NCBI GenBank assembly: GCA_951406725.2
Contig: OX597826.1
Location: 74,028,001-74,092,000 of the forward strand
Length of the DNA stretch: 64,000 nucleotides
Source: Octopus vulgaris
Lineage: Eukaryota
Direction of reading: 5' to 3'
The notes under the pieces were generated by a model. The model was given only the letters and a program-made list of their open reading frames with translations. It searched no databases and was not told where the DNA came from. Shown here one piece after another: positions 27,480-39,689 of the stretch; position 1 is the stretch's first letter; each line of letters opens with the position of its first letter. Made by a program: the position numbers and the translations under genes.

Positions 27480-27790
27480 ATGTCTGTGGTCACCTCCACA
27501 GGCCTTTCTAGACAAGTGAGATGAATCTCAATGTTCCACCAGCAGGAAAGACAGGAACAGAAAGGGTAAGGCATAATGATTAGTGCAGAGCCTGGGGTAC
27601 TGGACACAATAATGACGGGCAGAGAGGAGAGAAGTATGTTGAACTGGCGTCAGCTCAGCCAGTTCTGAGGAGCAGGGGCCATTATAGTTGCAGTGGAAAG
27701 GTTGAGTGAGGAGATACCACCTGCTGGAGCATTTCTATGAATGACTCGATGCCAGTCAAGTAGTCTTTTCTGGATGCATTTCAGAAGTAG
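27480..27790 (-). mobile_element. Decayed LINE 3' end related to 39690-40262
   Basis: Broken CIQKR...HCNYNGPCSSELAELTP remnants. Confidence 0.5.
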
Positions 27791-28835
27791 GTAAACAAAT
27801 TAATGCTATGTAAAATTGACAGAGAATTGATTTTGCTTCATAGAGTTTCATATTAATTGGTTATAGACTGACCAAAACTGACTTACATGCTGATAGCACA
27901 TCATTGTTTTCAATGAATGTAGCTATAAATTTCATTCTTAAGAATGTTAACCAGAACAACCAGCATACAAAAACATAAAACAATAGAAAATCTATGTAAA
28001 ACAAAATACAACTAATATATCAAATCCCAGTTTGTAGCATTTCACCCCTACAACATATATGCTAGATAAATAAAAAGTAATAATTTTAAAAAAATTTTTT
28101 TTTTAAACATCCGAAAGAACTCCGGTAACTAATTTCTCAAATATTATGCCTAATTTGAACTGGTATTTATATTCAGAAAAACAGCCTTTTCAAAACCATC
28201 AATCAAATCCATTGTTGTGTTCCAGAAGAGGAAGCAACTTACACAAAATCTTAAAAGTACAATTGAAAACTGGACACACCTGATTTTTTTGTTTTCTACA
28301 CAAAATGATGATCATCATCATTTAACGTCCATTTTTCCATGCTGGCATGGGTTGGACAGTTTGACAGGAGCTGGCAAGGCCAGAGAGCTACACCAGGTTC
28401 CAGCCATTTGTTTTGGAATGGTTTCTCCAGCTGGACATCCTTCCTAACGCCAACCACTCTGTAGAGGGCACAGGTGCTTTCTATGTGACACTGACATTGG
28501 AGAATTAATTACAAATTATAGAAGTGATGACAGAGTTCCAGTGTTGAGAGTTGTGTAATATTGTAAAGATTGGGAGTATTATGCACGAGTGGATCTTTCT
28601 CAAAAGCATAAATCTAACAAGGTTTCTCAGGGAATGTCTGAAAAAATTCCAAATGCACAAAAGCGATTACCGATGGAAGCAAACTCTAGGTCATGGTTCA
28701 TTAATTAAAATGAAAAGCTTTATTAATGATACAGTAAACAGTCATGTACGATAGTTTCAACATTAACTAGTGATTCCCATATCCAAACTATAGCAAATGC
28801 CTTTGCGAGTATGGTACTAATGTGTTAGTATGGAC

Positions 28836-29014
28836 CAGTGCTTTTCAAACTTTTTGCTGGAGCGGAACCCCAAGGAAACATTCCACTGGCTCGAGGAACC
28901 CCTGTGCAATAATTCAATAGTCTTATGCACAAACATCTGCACAGGAGAATTAAAAATTACTGCCGATTTTAGCAGTTTTGTAACTTCTTGCGGAACCCTG
29001 GTTGAAAACCACTG
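28836..29014. mobile_element. hAT-type MITE
   Basis: TIR CAGTG(C/G)TTTTCAA; perfect 8-bp TSD GTATGGAC. Confidence 0.92.
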
Positions 29015-29899
29015 GTATGGACAACCGTTGACTAATCAAAAGATGACAATTGCTATAGTTGGGTTAGAGGAATTACTGGTACTATTAAAGGAAGCTAATA
29101 TGACAGACAAATGCAAAGACCAAAAACTAAGATAGATAGATAGACAGAACGAATAAGGACGAATATATCTAACATATATATCCAACAGTGGCGGAAAAAA
29201 TAGCTATAAATTTATAATATATTTTCTCCAAGATGTTACCACTGCCTGCCTTCTGTACTGAACAGATAAAAGAAAAAAAAAAACATAAGTTATCAATATT
29301 TCGAAAAAAAGATTTTAAGCTAAACCTAACTGCACCCCCCCTCCTCTGGCTTACTGCCTTCAATAAAAATAGAAAACACTGTAACACACAACTGAAAGTA
29401 AAAGAAAAACTCAAGCACATTGTGCACGACTAAAGCTTTCAGTGGATTTGGTAAGACGGAAACTGAAAGAAGCCCGCCGTGTTTGTGTGTGTATCTATCT
29501 GTCTGTGTATCAGTTTGTGTTGGTCCCCCAATTATGTCTTGACAACAGATGCTGGTGTGTTTACGTCCCCGTAACTTAGCAGTTCGGCAAAAGAGACCGA
29601 TAGAATAAAAATACTAGGCTTCAAAAGAAATAGGTGCAGAGGTTTGGTTCGTTTGACTAAAACCCTTCAAGGCGATGCCCTAGCATGGCTGCAGTCCAAT
29701 GACTAAAACGTGTGTGTGTGTGTGTATATATATATATGCACACACACACACACATATATATATATTATATGTGTGTGTGTGTGTATTTGATTTTAAACCA
29801 AGAGAGGAAAATACTCAACACAGAATGAGAATAAACATTTACTATAGCGCTGAGATTATTACTCTTAGCGATAACAGATAATGATCACAATACTACTAC

Positions 29900-29956
<57 letters not shown>

Positions 29957-30205
29957 GTCCATTTTGAGGTTAATAAAAAATAAAACAAACAAGCTTCGCC
30001 CCAGCAAAGGAAGGATTCCATTACCTCAAAAATATGCGCCACCTTTTGAATGTTTATTGACTGAGGTGGCGGGAGGGGCAAGTGCTGATGTTCTGTTGGT
30101 ATATTTATAATAATAATAATAATCACATACTAGCAGCTACCTATACAGAGAGAACACTATTTAAAGGCCCTTATAAAACAAATCGCTCCCACCTATATAA
30201 TATAT

Positions 30206-30236
<31 letters not shown>

Positions 30237-30270
30237 TAGAAGTATTGGGGGTGATGTACATATTTAACAC

Positions 30271-30436
30271 ATATGAAAGAAGAAAGGTGTTCAGAATGCT
30301 GGATGGTTGTAAAAATATATATTTATTTACATAACACATATTTCCTCAGATATGAAGAAATAATATGTGATGTGTAAATAAATATACATTTTTTACAACC
30401 ATCCAGCATTCTGAACACCTTTTTTCTTTCACATAT
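30271..30436. repeat. Long inverted repeat / hairpin
   Basis: About 75-bp arms including a perfect stretch AAGGTGTTCAGAATGCTGGATGGTTGTAAAAA and its reverse complement; short loop. Confidence 0.92.
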
Positions 30437-32500
30437 TTATATATATATATACACACACATCCGTACAATGGGTGAACATATTGGAGAGAGTGGGATCTAA
30501 TGGTTTATAGGATCAAAACCTACGCGGATATTGCAATATGTGTGTGTGTGTAAGTAAACCTGTTCAAGTGGTTACAAAATATAGTGTAATCTTTGCTCTA
30601 CAAACTTCCACTACTCAGGCAAAATATGCCAAATTGCAAAAGAAAATTTTCAAAACTGCAGGTTATTTATTGCCGATCGGTAATTCTTAACCCAATTCCC
30701 ATATTCTAAATTCCTACCTATATATAATAAATAAATAAATAAACGTCCATTTTTCGGAATTTAAAATAAATTAAATTAGATTTAAAAAAAAAAGGTGTTA
30801 ATATGTTGGCGGGGGGGGGGGGAGAGTCAGCGCAAAATGAAAACAGAAAAATGTATTTTTATAATAAATTTCGACAACCACGAATTTTTTTTTTTTTTAT
30901 AATGGCAAAGACTGCTTCGAATATAGAGAGATTCGTCAGTTTAAATATGAGGATTGTAGAGCCAATTGTTGTGTAAGAAGCAGCGTGTAGAATAAATATA
31001 GAAAGACGGCCATATTAACAGTGAAATCCAGAATAGATTTTCCACCAGAAATCACTGAGAGACAAAATAAGCATACCACGAAAGAATTAGATGCAGGAAA
31101 CTCTTGCAGGATTCAGAAAAAACACCTATTTTATCAAAAGAAAAGGCTGCTAGGAGGCATGATCAATAGGAAACGTGATTTATTTCGCCTTAATTATCTT
31201 TGGTAAAAAAAAAAAAATCGCCAGAAATTTGGTTTAAGTGGGAGGGAAAAGTCTGTTTCACAGAGAAATATAGATTTGTTTGTTGGGTAAAAATTAACAA
31301 AGTTTCTTGATTGATATAAAATAATGTGGGATATTGGACAGACAGATTTGTTGGAATAATGAATTTGCAATTAGGCGGGGTTTTTTTTTAATATTTTTAA
31401 CCTTTCCTATCCGAATATGACCGAAGCATCGACGAGATTACATAGAGTAACACTTGAAAACGAAAGGCTTTTATTTCAAGAGCAAAGTGTATTTATACAG
31501 ATTTCTGTCCATGCAACAAAACAGCATTTCTCTTTCTAGGAGGAATTAAGTGGCCCTCGATGAAAAGGCTATTTAAACCCTTTAGTGTTTAGATTATTAT
31601 TCTGTCAAATGTGATGTTTGTTTATTTAAAATGGTTTGAATTAATCCTGCAATATTATCTTGTAGTTTAGAGATTTAATTTTAGCATGACATGGTAGGGT
31701 TTTGAGATGAAAGGTGAGATCTGGTCAGTTTCAATATATAACAGGTTAAATATTTTGGCCAGTTTGAATGCTAAAGGGTCAAAACATTATAAATTACAGA
31801 ATAAATATCCGTGTGGGTAAAAAGGAGAGAATTAAAACTGCAATGAGTGAGGAAACCGATGTGTAAACTTAAAGAGTAAAATGATACAAAGTGTAATTCT
31901 TTGACATGAATAATATTGCCTGGAAAATGCTTCTCAGGAACCGATTGATCACTTATGATACGGATATAAGGTAATAAAATAGTCATTAGGGGCTTATATT
32001 TGCAGAGGACTGTGAGGTTTTCGCTTATTTTGAGAGTAGTTTGAATCCTCAAGTCCAGATCTTTAGCTTAGCAAGACGAAGGTATAGCAAAAAATTTGTG
32101 GGAAAATCAATGTCTCTCTCTTCAAGTCTCTCTTTCTCTTCGAGTCTCTGCACACACGGAAAAATAACCATCACACAAACAATAATATATTTTTCCAAGT
32201 GGTGGGGGAAATATGTAGAGAGACATTTAATAAAAGTTGATCTGGAAGGAAGTAGAAGAGAGATGAAGTGAAGTTGAAGGCGATAGAAGTGAGGGGAAAA
32301 AGCATGGCTGGTCTGGTCTGGTCTTCTTATCAAAAATACACAAAAATATTGCTTTGGAAAATTACGACAAAACCTCAATAAAATACAAATTTAAAAATCA
32401 CTGATTAACAATTAAAAATGTGTAAATAAACCATAGCATATTCACAATGTAAACAAAATGCTTGATCACAGATGGAAATGGAAATTTTAAGCAACTCTAC

Positions 32501-33330
32501 CTTCGCCACGATCCTTTTTTTTTATAATTTAATATATTTGTTGTTACAACTTCCGTCTCAGTACAAAATATGTGTATATATATATATATAACTATATATG
32601 TATGTATATATGAATGTATATATGTTTATATACACAAGATGATGAGGGGTATATATATATATGTTTTCTTCTTCTTCCTGGAGGGGCTGTTTTAAGTCTC
32701 AGTAGCTAAACCTCGGTATACTCATCCAGAATTTTTCAAAAAGGTCGCATAACAAAAAGAGGAAAGCGCAATAAAACTTTAAATTTCATTGTGTTTTTGC
32801 TGTGGTGGGTTTATTTGTACCATCGGTGTCCGGAGGTGATCCGAGTGAGTGAGTGGTTGAGTGAGTGGTTGGTTGGTGGTGGTGGCCACGGGCAGAAGCG
32901 CAGGACGACTCACTCAGGCAGCCAACAAGGAGAGACAACAACAACAACAACAACCGAAGCCGAGAAGAACGGCAGCGGCCGCCATATTGGACAAATGTTT
33001 GGAAGAGAAAAGAAAATATGAAAAGAGGCGAAGGCGGCGGCGGCGACGGTTCGCCTCCAACAACGACGACTTTTTTTTTTACAGCTCTGGTGGTGGACAC
33101 GCAAACTCACATCAAATGTAAAGACATAATAGTATTTTTTTTATGGGGGAAAACACACAGAAATTTATGTACGATTTTCATTATTTCAGTCGCTCTGACG
33201 GACAGCAACAAATCCTGTCAAGACGCATTCCTGCAAGATGGGGGGGGGGGGGATAGGGAGAGGAGGAGAGGAGAGAGAGAGAGAGAGAGAGAGTTCAAAC
33301 GATGACAACGGACCGGTGTTGGAGGGGGAG
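32501..33330 (-). promoter_or_regulatory. CpG-rich putative promoter / 5'UTR exon of an unidentified minus-strand gene
   Basis: Local CpG excess with GCG/CAA/GA microsatellites; YY1-like GCCGCCATATTG at 32978-32989; candidate donor AAG|GTAGAG at 32501/32500; no SINEs. Confidence 0.6.
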
Positions 33331-33334
33331 GAAG

Positions 33335-33600
33335 AGGAAGAGTTGCTATATGTTTGTGTGAAGGTAGGAGGAAGGGGAGGCAGGAGGAAGAGTTGCTATA
33401 TGTTTGTGTGAAGGTAGGAGGAAGGGGAGGCAGGAGGAAGAGTTGCTATATGTTTGTGTGAAGGTAGGAGGAAGGGGAGGCAGGAGAAAGAGTTGCTATA
33501 TGTTTGTGTGAAGGTAGGAGGAGGAAGAGTTGCTATATGTTTGTGTGAAGGTAGGAGGAGGAAGAGTTGCTATATGTTTGTGTGAAGGGAGGAGGAGAAG
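33335..33600. repeat. Purine-rich minisatellite, 6 copies
   Basis: Core AGTTGCTATATGTTTGTGTGAAGG at 33341, 33391, 33441, 33491, 33528, 33565 (periods 50, 50, 50, 37, 37). Confidence 0.95.
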
Positions 33601-34659
33601 AAGTAGCAAGAGGGAGGGAGAAAGGAATGAAGGAGGAAGGAACCAGCTTCTTCTTTCTTCGTTAGTAACATTCGTTCGACGGGCAAAAGAGTTACGAGTG
33701 CAAGGGGAGGTAATACCGAGAGAGAAAAAAAATAAAGGAAAAATCCAAGCACAAAAATACCATAACAAATGGAAATGGCAAACCAAGTGCTTTTAAGACA
33801 AGATTTATTTACGAAATTACACCCGAAAAGAATCGGTGTAATCAATGAAAAGACTAGGCAAAAGATGCTAGACGTAGTAATATAGATCGAAGTCTGTCAT
33901 AAAATGTAGTTTTCATTTCAAAAAGTTGAATGCAAGTAATTTTAAATATTTGTCGATACAGAAAAAAAAATTGAAATTTTTCCAGATTTTGAATATTTTC
34001 GTGTTTTGTTTGTGATAGCTGGTACATCTCGAAATAAATACAGGTTCTAAAGTGTCTAACGTCGATAGATCGATAGATTACCAATTATTTAGGGATTGAC
34101 TTCAGCTGTTTGTTAGTACAAAAATAAAAAGGGGGAACATTCTTTCAATAAGTAAGAGATTACGAAATCTAATGGTCTTCATAACATATAGCATACCATA
34201 CCTCGAATTATTTCGCATCAGAAGACCATAGATACAGTGGGGCAAACTGTATATACACAGTTATATAAATATATTATATATAGAGATATATATATGCTTC
34301 ATACAGTAGTGTATTGTCACCAAATGGCAATAATTTTGCTCGGGAGGAAAATACTATCTCATAACCAATTATAATAATGACAAAAAATGCTTCGTTAATC
34401 TTATTATGATGCTGGAAGAGTCATGTATTAAATATGTAATGATCAAATTAGATTAACAAGAACGATGAAGTGAAAGACGGTGGTGCGATGGTTGTCTTTG
34501 ATGAGAAATGGATTTGTTAATAAAAGTAAGATTTTTTTTGCAATGGCGAAGATAAATGCACTTTGAGCATTTATTTCTGTATTCGTTGTTACCATTTTTA
34601 TTAGGCTGTAGTGTTGTGGAGGTGGTGGTGGTTGTGGTGGAGGTTGTGTAGTTTCTTAC

Positions 34660-35400
34660 CTTGAAAACTCGGCCACGAAGTGAGAGGAGTTGACGGCGAA
34701 GAAGATTTTATGTTGTTGATGGTGATAATGGTGGTAGATTTTTAACGAGCGAAAAATGTGTGGCAGGGGGATAGTGTGAGATGAGTGTTGTGAAGGAGGC
34801 GCGGGCAACGGTAGTAGGGGCTACAGTGTAATTATTAAATGGGAGGGAAAGAAGAAGAGGAATCTAACATGCAAATTAAAGACAAGATCATTAATCCGTA
34901 ATGGTAATAACTGTATTGAAAGAAAATCTCTCTTAGGTTGTCCGTAAGACTCGCTAAGAATATTTGTGAGAGGACTTAACAGAAAGTAAATTTACCAATG
35001 CTAAGTAGGGGAAACTGTAATACACACAATTATTAATTCGAAAGCATTTTATTTTATTAAAGCATTCATTTAGACGATATTCAGTGTAAGATGAATATGT
35101 CATTTATAACAGGGTTTTAATTAAATACATACTAAGATCGATAAGAATTTGTAAGCTTCGATATCCTTAAAATGTATTATATTCTTACAATAAATAACGA
35201 ATAAAGTGGCTAAAACAAACTGTTAATGTTTCTAATAATAATGATATGAGGAACTTCTTAAAGTTCTTAATTTTATAGAAGAAAAAAAAGTTTGAATGAA
35301 AACGGCGCGAAATCTGTATCATCTCGTCCCCCGCCTTTGCTACTCCACTGACTGAAAGTTCGCCCAACAGCCTTTGAGAGCGTCCATTTCATTGGTTACT
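34660..35400 (-). promoter_or_regulatory. Putative upstream/alternative promoter and non-coding first exon
   Basis: Strong donor AAG|GTAAGA at 34660/34659; E2F-type TTTCGCGCC (35304-35312, minus); GC box CCCCCGCC 35328-35335; CCAAT (minus) 35391-35395. Confidence 0.45.
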
Positions 35401-36731
35401 TTCATTTCCTTCCTCTTCTAGAACACAAATTACTTTTCATTTACATTGTTTTAGCTTGTTAAGTGTATTTGACTTCCTACTTTGTATTAAGAATGTTTCA
35501 CGCTTCACATTCAAATTTAAAAATTGGTTTATTTACCAATAAGAGTTATAGGCTGTGGAGCCATGTGATCAAATTGTTTAATTACTTGCCTTATGGTTAT
35601 CAACACATGATTATTAATTATATATTTTGTTCAATCAAGTCAGCTGTGTAATGAATTTATTTATAATGTCGATCCAAACCAACTGGAAACAAAACTTGTA
35701 AAAAATTTGATCCAAGACTTATAATAAACTCGATTGCAAAACAGAAAGAAAAGAATGCAATAATACCACAAGTCATTTCCATTGATCTTTAGCTGATTAT
35801 TGAATTTTAATCACAAATTAATAAAATTTTTCACACTGTAATCTATAGACAAGTTACAAAAATACTTTCCTGTTAAAACTTTTCGATTTGTATTATCCTT
35901 GGGAAGTGATAAGGATTTCCTGTTTCCACTATTTGATGTAGTAAAACCTAAGTTAAAGACCCCAAAATTAGGAAAACAAATGATGCTAAAAAGTTGAAGG
36001 ATAAACATCGTCTGTTCTCCATGCAGGAATGGCTTGGACGGTTTGATTAGGGCTGGGAAGCTGTGTCAGGTCCCATAGTCAGTTATGGCTTGGTTTGCGT
36101 GGCTGGATGCCCTTCTTAATGCCAACCACTTTGCAGTGTGTGCTGGGTGCTTTTACGTGGCACCTGCACCTATACGAGTGCTTTTTATGTGGCAGATTTG
36201 AGATAGTGCTAATCATCATCATCATCGTTTAGCGTCCGTTTTCCATGCTAGCATGGGTTGGACGGTTCAACTGGGGTCTGTGAAGCCAGAAGGCTTCATC
36301 AGGCCCAGTCAGATCTGGCAGTGTTTCTACGGCTGGATGCCCTTCCTAACGCCAACCACTCCGTGAGTGTAGTGGGTGCTTTTTACGTGCCACCTGCACA
36401 GGTGCCAGACAGAGCTGGCAAACGGCCACGAACGGATGGTGCTTTTTATGTGCCACCGGCAATGGCCGGTGCTGGCAACGGTCGCTAATATAAAATGGTA
36501 AATATCTAAAAATAGTTTAATTGAAGAAACAGAAAATATATTTATAATATAAAAGAATAAAGCAACTGGTGACTATTAGGAAGGGCAGAAAATTGTAGGG
36601 CAAGGGGCACTTATCGTTACTGATCCTGAAAAGAAAGAAGCATGGAAGTGCTATTACAAGAGAATGTTGAATGAGGAGAATGTTTGAGAAAATGAGGGCC
36701 TGACAGAGATCTGCCCTTTAAATGAGGTACA

Positions 36732-36954
36732 TTAACCCTTTCATTACCAAACCAGCTGAAACCGGCTCTGAGGTACAAATGTCTTGTTTTCATAAGTTTT
36801 GAATTAAAATCTTCCACCAAACCTTAGTCACAATTTATGTTCCTAGCACAAGCTGAAAGATAACTAAGTTATTTTACTAAATTCTTTGTTATATTTTAAG
36901 TAATTGAAAGAAACACAGAGCATCTCAAAATAAATACAGTAACGAAAGGGTTAA
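36732..36954 (-). mobile_element. TTAA MITE family 1
   Basis: Reverse copy with TTAA ends. Confidence 0.85.
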
Positions 36955-37333
36955 GCAATTAAGGTTATGTGAGCAAGGAAAGCATCTGGTCCATCATGAA
37001 TTACCTTTGAAATGCTCAAAGGGATTGGTAGAGTAGAGTCAGTGAAGAACTGTAGAAAGGTGTTCTATGCAATGACTGGTGTAGATTCAGCATCACTATC
37101 TACTCAAAGAGTAAAAGAGATATACTAGAGAGAGGTAACTGCAGAAGCATCAAACTGCCGGACCAGGTTACAAAGTTATGGTAAGATTTATGTGTTCAAT
37201 TATTAGCAAGAAAATTAAGCTAGATGACATGTAGATTGACTTTGTATATGGAAAAATACTACAATAGCATTTTCCAAGTAAGACAACTGCAGGAAAAGTA
37301 TTTAGCTGGGAATAAGCCCCAAAGCTAGTATTT

Positions 37334-37556
37334 CATTTCTTCATTACCCACAAGAGGCTAAACATAGAGGGGACAAACAAAGGGATTAAGTTGATTACAT
37401 TAACCCCAGTGCGTAATTGGTACTTATTTAATCGACCCCGAAAGGATGACAGGCAAAGTCGACCTTGGTGGAATTTGAACTCAGAACGTAGCAGCAGACG
37501 AAATACCACTAAGCATTTCGCCTGGCGTGCTAACAATTCTGTCAGTTCGCCGCCTT
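37334..37556 (-). mobile_element. SINE-B nested in the RTE remnant
   Basis: 17-bp TSD CCCCAAAGCTAGTATTT. Confidence 0.9.
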
Positions 37557-38005
37557 CCCCAAAGCTAGTATTTGTCAACCTAGTAAAAGCCTTTGACAAG
37601 GTTCCATGTTTTAGGGGTCACTCAGAAAGATAGGCATAAACAAATGGTGAGAGTCATACAATCCATGTACAGAGCTATGGTCAGCAATGAGTTCAGTGTT
37701 GAATTTAGTGTCCAGATGGAGGGAGGGATGGTCATCAGTGCTTAAACCTCATCCTACTTCTGTATATCACAATCCTCCAAACTTTAAGATTGGCTGTCTG
37801 TGGGAATTCTAATGTGCTGCTGACTTAGTCATCTGAATCTGTTATAGAGTTAGATAAGAAATTCCAGACATGGCATTGAATCTTAGAATCAAAGTATTAT
37901 TCTCCTGTGCTTCTCATGTAACCTTTGTACAAGGGATTGCACCAAATCTGTTTCTACCCAATACACACTGTCATTACTGCTTCTGTTCTGCCAGTTATTA
38001 CTCAT

Positions 38006-38285
38006 GGAGGCACATGTCCTAGTGGTTAGAGCGGCGGACTCACAGTCGAGGGATTGCAGGTTTGAATCTCAGATGGGGCGATGTGTGTGTTTATGAGCAA
38101 AACACCTAAGCTCCGGCAGAAGGTAATGGCAAACTTCTGCTGACTCTTTCGCCACAACTTTCTCTCAATCTTTTCTCTTGTAGCTCACCTGCAACAGACT
38201 GGCGTCCCGTCCAGGTGGGGAATTTAAATGCCAAGGAAACCAGGAAACTGGCCCTTATGAGCCAGGCATGGCTCGACAGGGAACA
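38006..38285 (+). mobile_element. SINE-D
   Basis: TSD AGTTATTACTCAT. Confidence 0.88.
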
Positions 38286-38814
38286 AGTTATTACTCATTC
38301 TTCCCCGAACTACTTGTTATGGTCATCCATCTTTTATTCTTACCATTGTCCTACTCCCTTAGTACCCACCAATCACTTGATTTCTACATTCATACTCTTG
38401 TCCCCTTTTACCCCCTACCCCATTCTGGTTCTCTCCTATTCAACTTCTTGATCAAGTCTTGGGTGAACGTACATAGAATAGTAGTTTCAAATATTGGCAC
38501 AAGGCCTGCAATTTCGTTGGAGGGAGTAAATCAATTACACCAACCCCCAGTGTGCAACTGGTACTTATTTTATCAACCCTGAAAGCATGAAAGGCAAAGT
38601 CGACCTCGCCAGAATTTGAACTCAGAATGTAAAGATGGAGGAGATGTTGCTAAGCATTTCGGCCAGCATGCTAACAATTCTGCCAGTTCACTGCCTTGAA
38701 TGTACAGCAAGTTCAAGGAAGGGGTACATCGACCTCAGTATGCAACTGGTACTTGTTTTATTGACCTCAGAAGGATGAAAGGCAAAATCGACCACAACAA
38801 CATTTGAACTTGGA

Positions 38815-39180
38815 AGGCAGGAGTAGCTGTGTGTTAAGTACCTTGCTTACCAACCACATGGTTCCGGGTTCATTCCCACTGTGTGGCACCTTGGGCAAGT
38901 GTCTACTATAGCCTCAGGCTGACCAAAGCCTTTTGAGTGGATTTGGTAGACGGAAACTGAAAGAAGTCCGTCGTATATATATATATATATCAGATTGCCA
39001 TGTTGATTTGCTAGCCTCTGCATGCATTTTTTTTATCTCCTTGTTTCTTTCTGTTGAAGAGTGTAGGCTCGAAACATAAAAGACTTGTTTTATTTATATT
39101 CCTGAGCGCCATACTAATACAATTGTTTGTTTGTATTCCACCTGCCTTCATCTTTTGTTTATTTTCATAAAGTTTCCCGT

Positions 39181-39215
<35 letters not shown>

Positions 39216-39418
39216 GTGTTTGTGCCCCCAGCATCGCTTGACAACTGATGGTGGTGTGTTTAGCTCCCCATAACATAGCGGTTGACAAAAGACACCCTAT
39301 AGAATAAGTACTAGGCTTACAAAGAATAAGTCCTGGGGGTCAATTTGCTCGACTAAAGGCGGTGCTCCAGCATGGCCGCAGTCAAATGCCTGAAACATGT
39401 AAAAGAGTAAAGAAAGTA
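38815..39418 (+). mobile_element. SINE-A carrying a ~190-bp insert (38991-39180) in its (TA)n tract
   Basis: SINE halves flank a foreign segment bounded by (TA)n. Confidence 0.88.
39046..39083 (+). ncRNA. Minimal type-I hammerhead-ribozyme-like motif (Penelope-type, variant core)
   Basis: TCTTT-CTGTTGA-A-GAGT(GTAG)GCTC-GAAA-CA-TA-AAAGA: stems I and II pair; core carries A6U. Confidence 0.5.
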
Positions 39419-39689
39419 AGCATCTTACCTGGCACGCTAATGATTTTGCCAGGTTGTTACCCTGAATGTACTCTTTCTCTCTCTCTCTTTACTCACATTT
39501 ATGTGAGGATGGATGACCTAGTGGTTAAAGTGTTGCAACTGTGATTGCAAGATTGTGGTTTCAATTCCTAGACTGGGCAGTGTGTTATGTTTTTGAGCAA
39601 AGCACTTCATCTGATGCATTATCCACATCTGACGGATATTTGTCCTCATCTTGTTTGTTGTTAACACAACGTTTTGGGTGATATACCCT

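Larger units (their letters stand above)
36560..37900 (+). mobile_element. Decayed RTE-like LINE interrupted by a MITE and a SINE
   Basis: FVNLVKAFDKVP motif near 37570-37606; same family as 10325-11545. Confidence 0.6.

Noticed and set aside
97-32400. Numerous 60-150-aa ORFs in the left half as host genes
   Set aside because: They recur as translations of SINEs and MITEs (for example FQFPSTKSTHK, LDALPNANH) or low-complexity DNA; no spliceable coding exon chain was found.
32786-33305. Overlapping ORFs with poly-Q/N/R/L runs
   Set aside because: Products of trinucleotide microsatellites in a GC-rich leader; no homology or exon chain.
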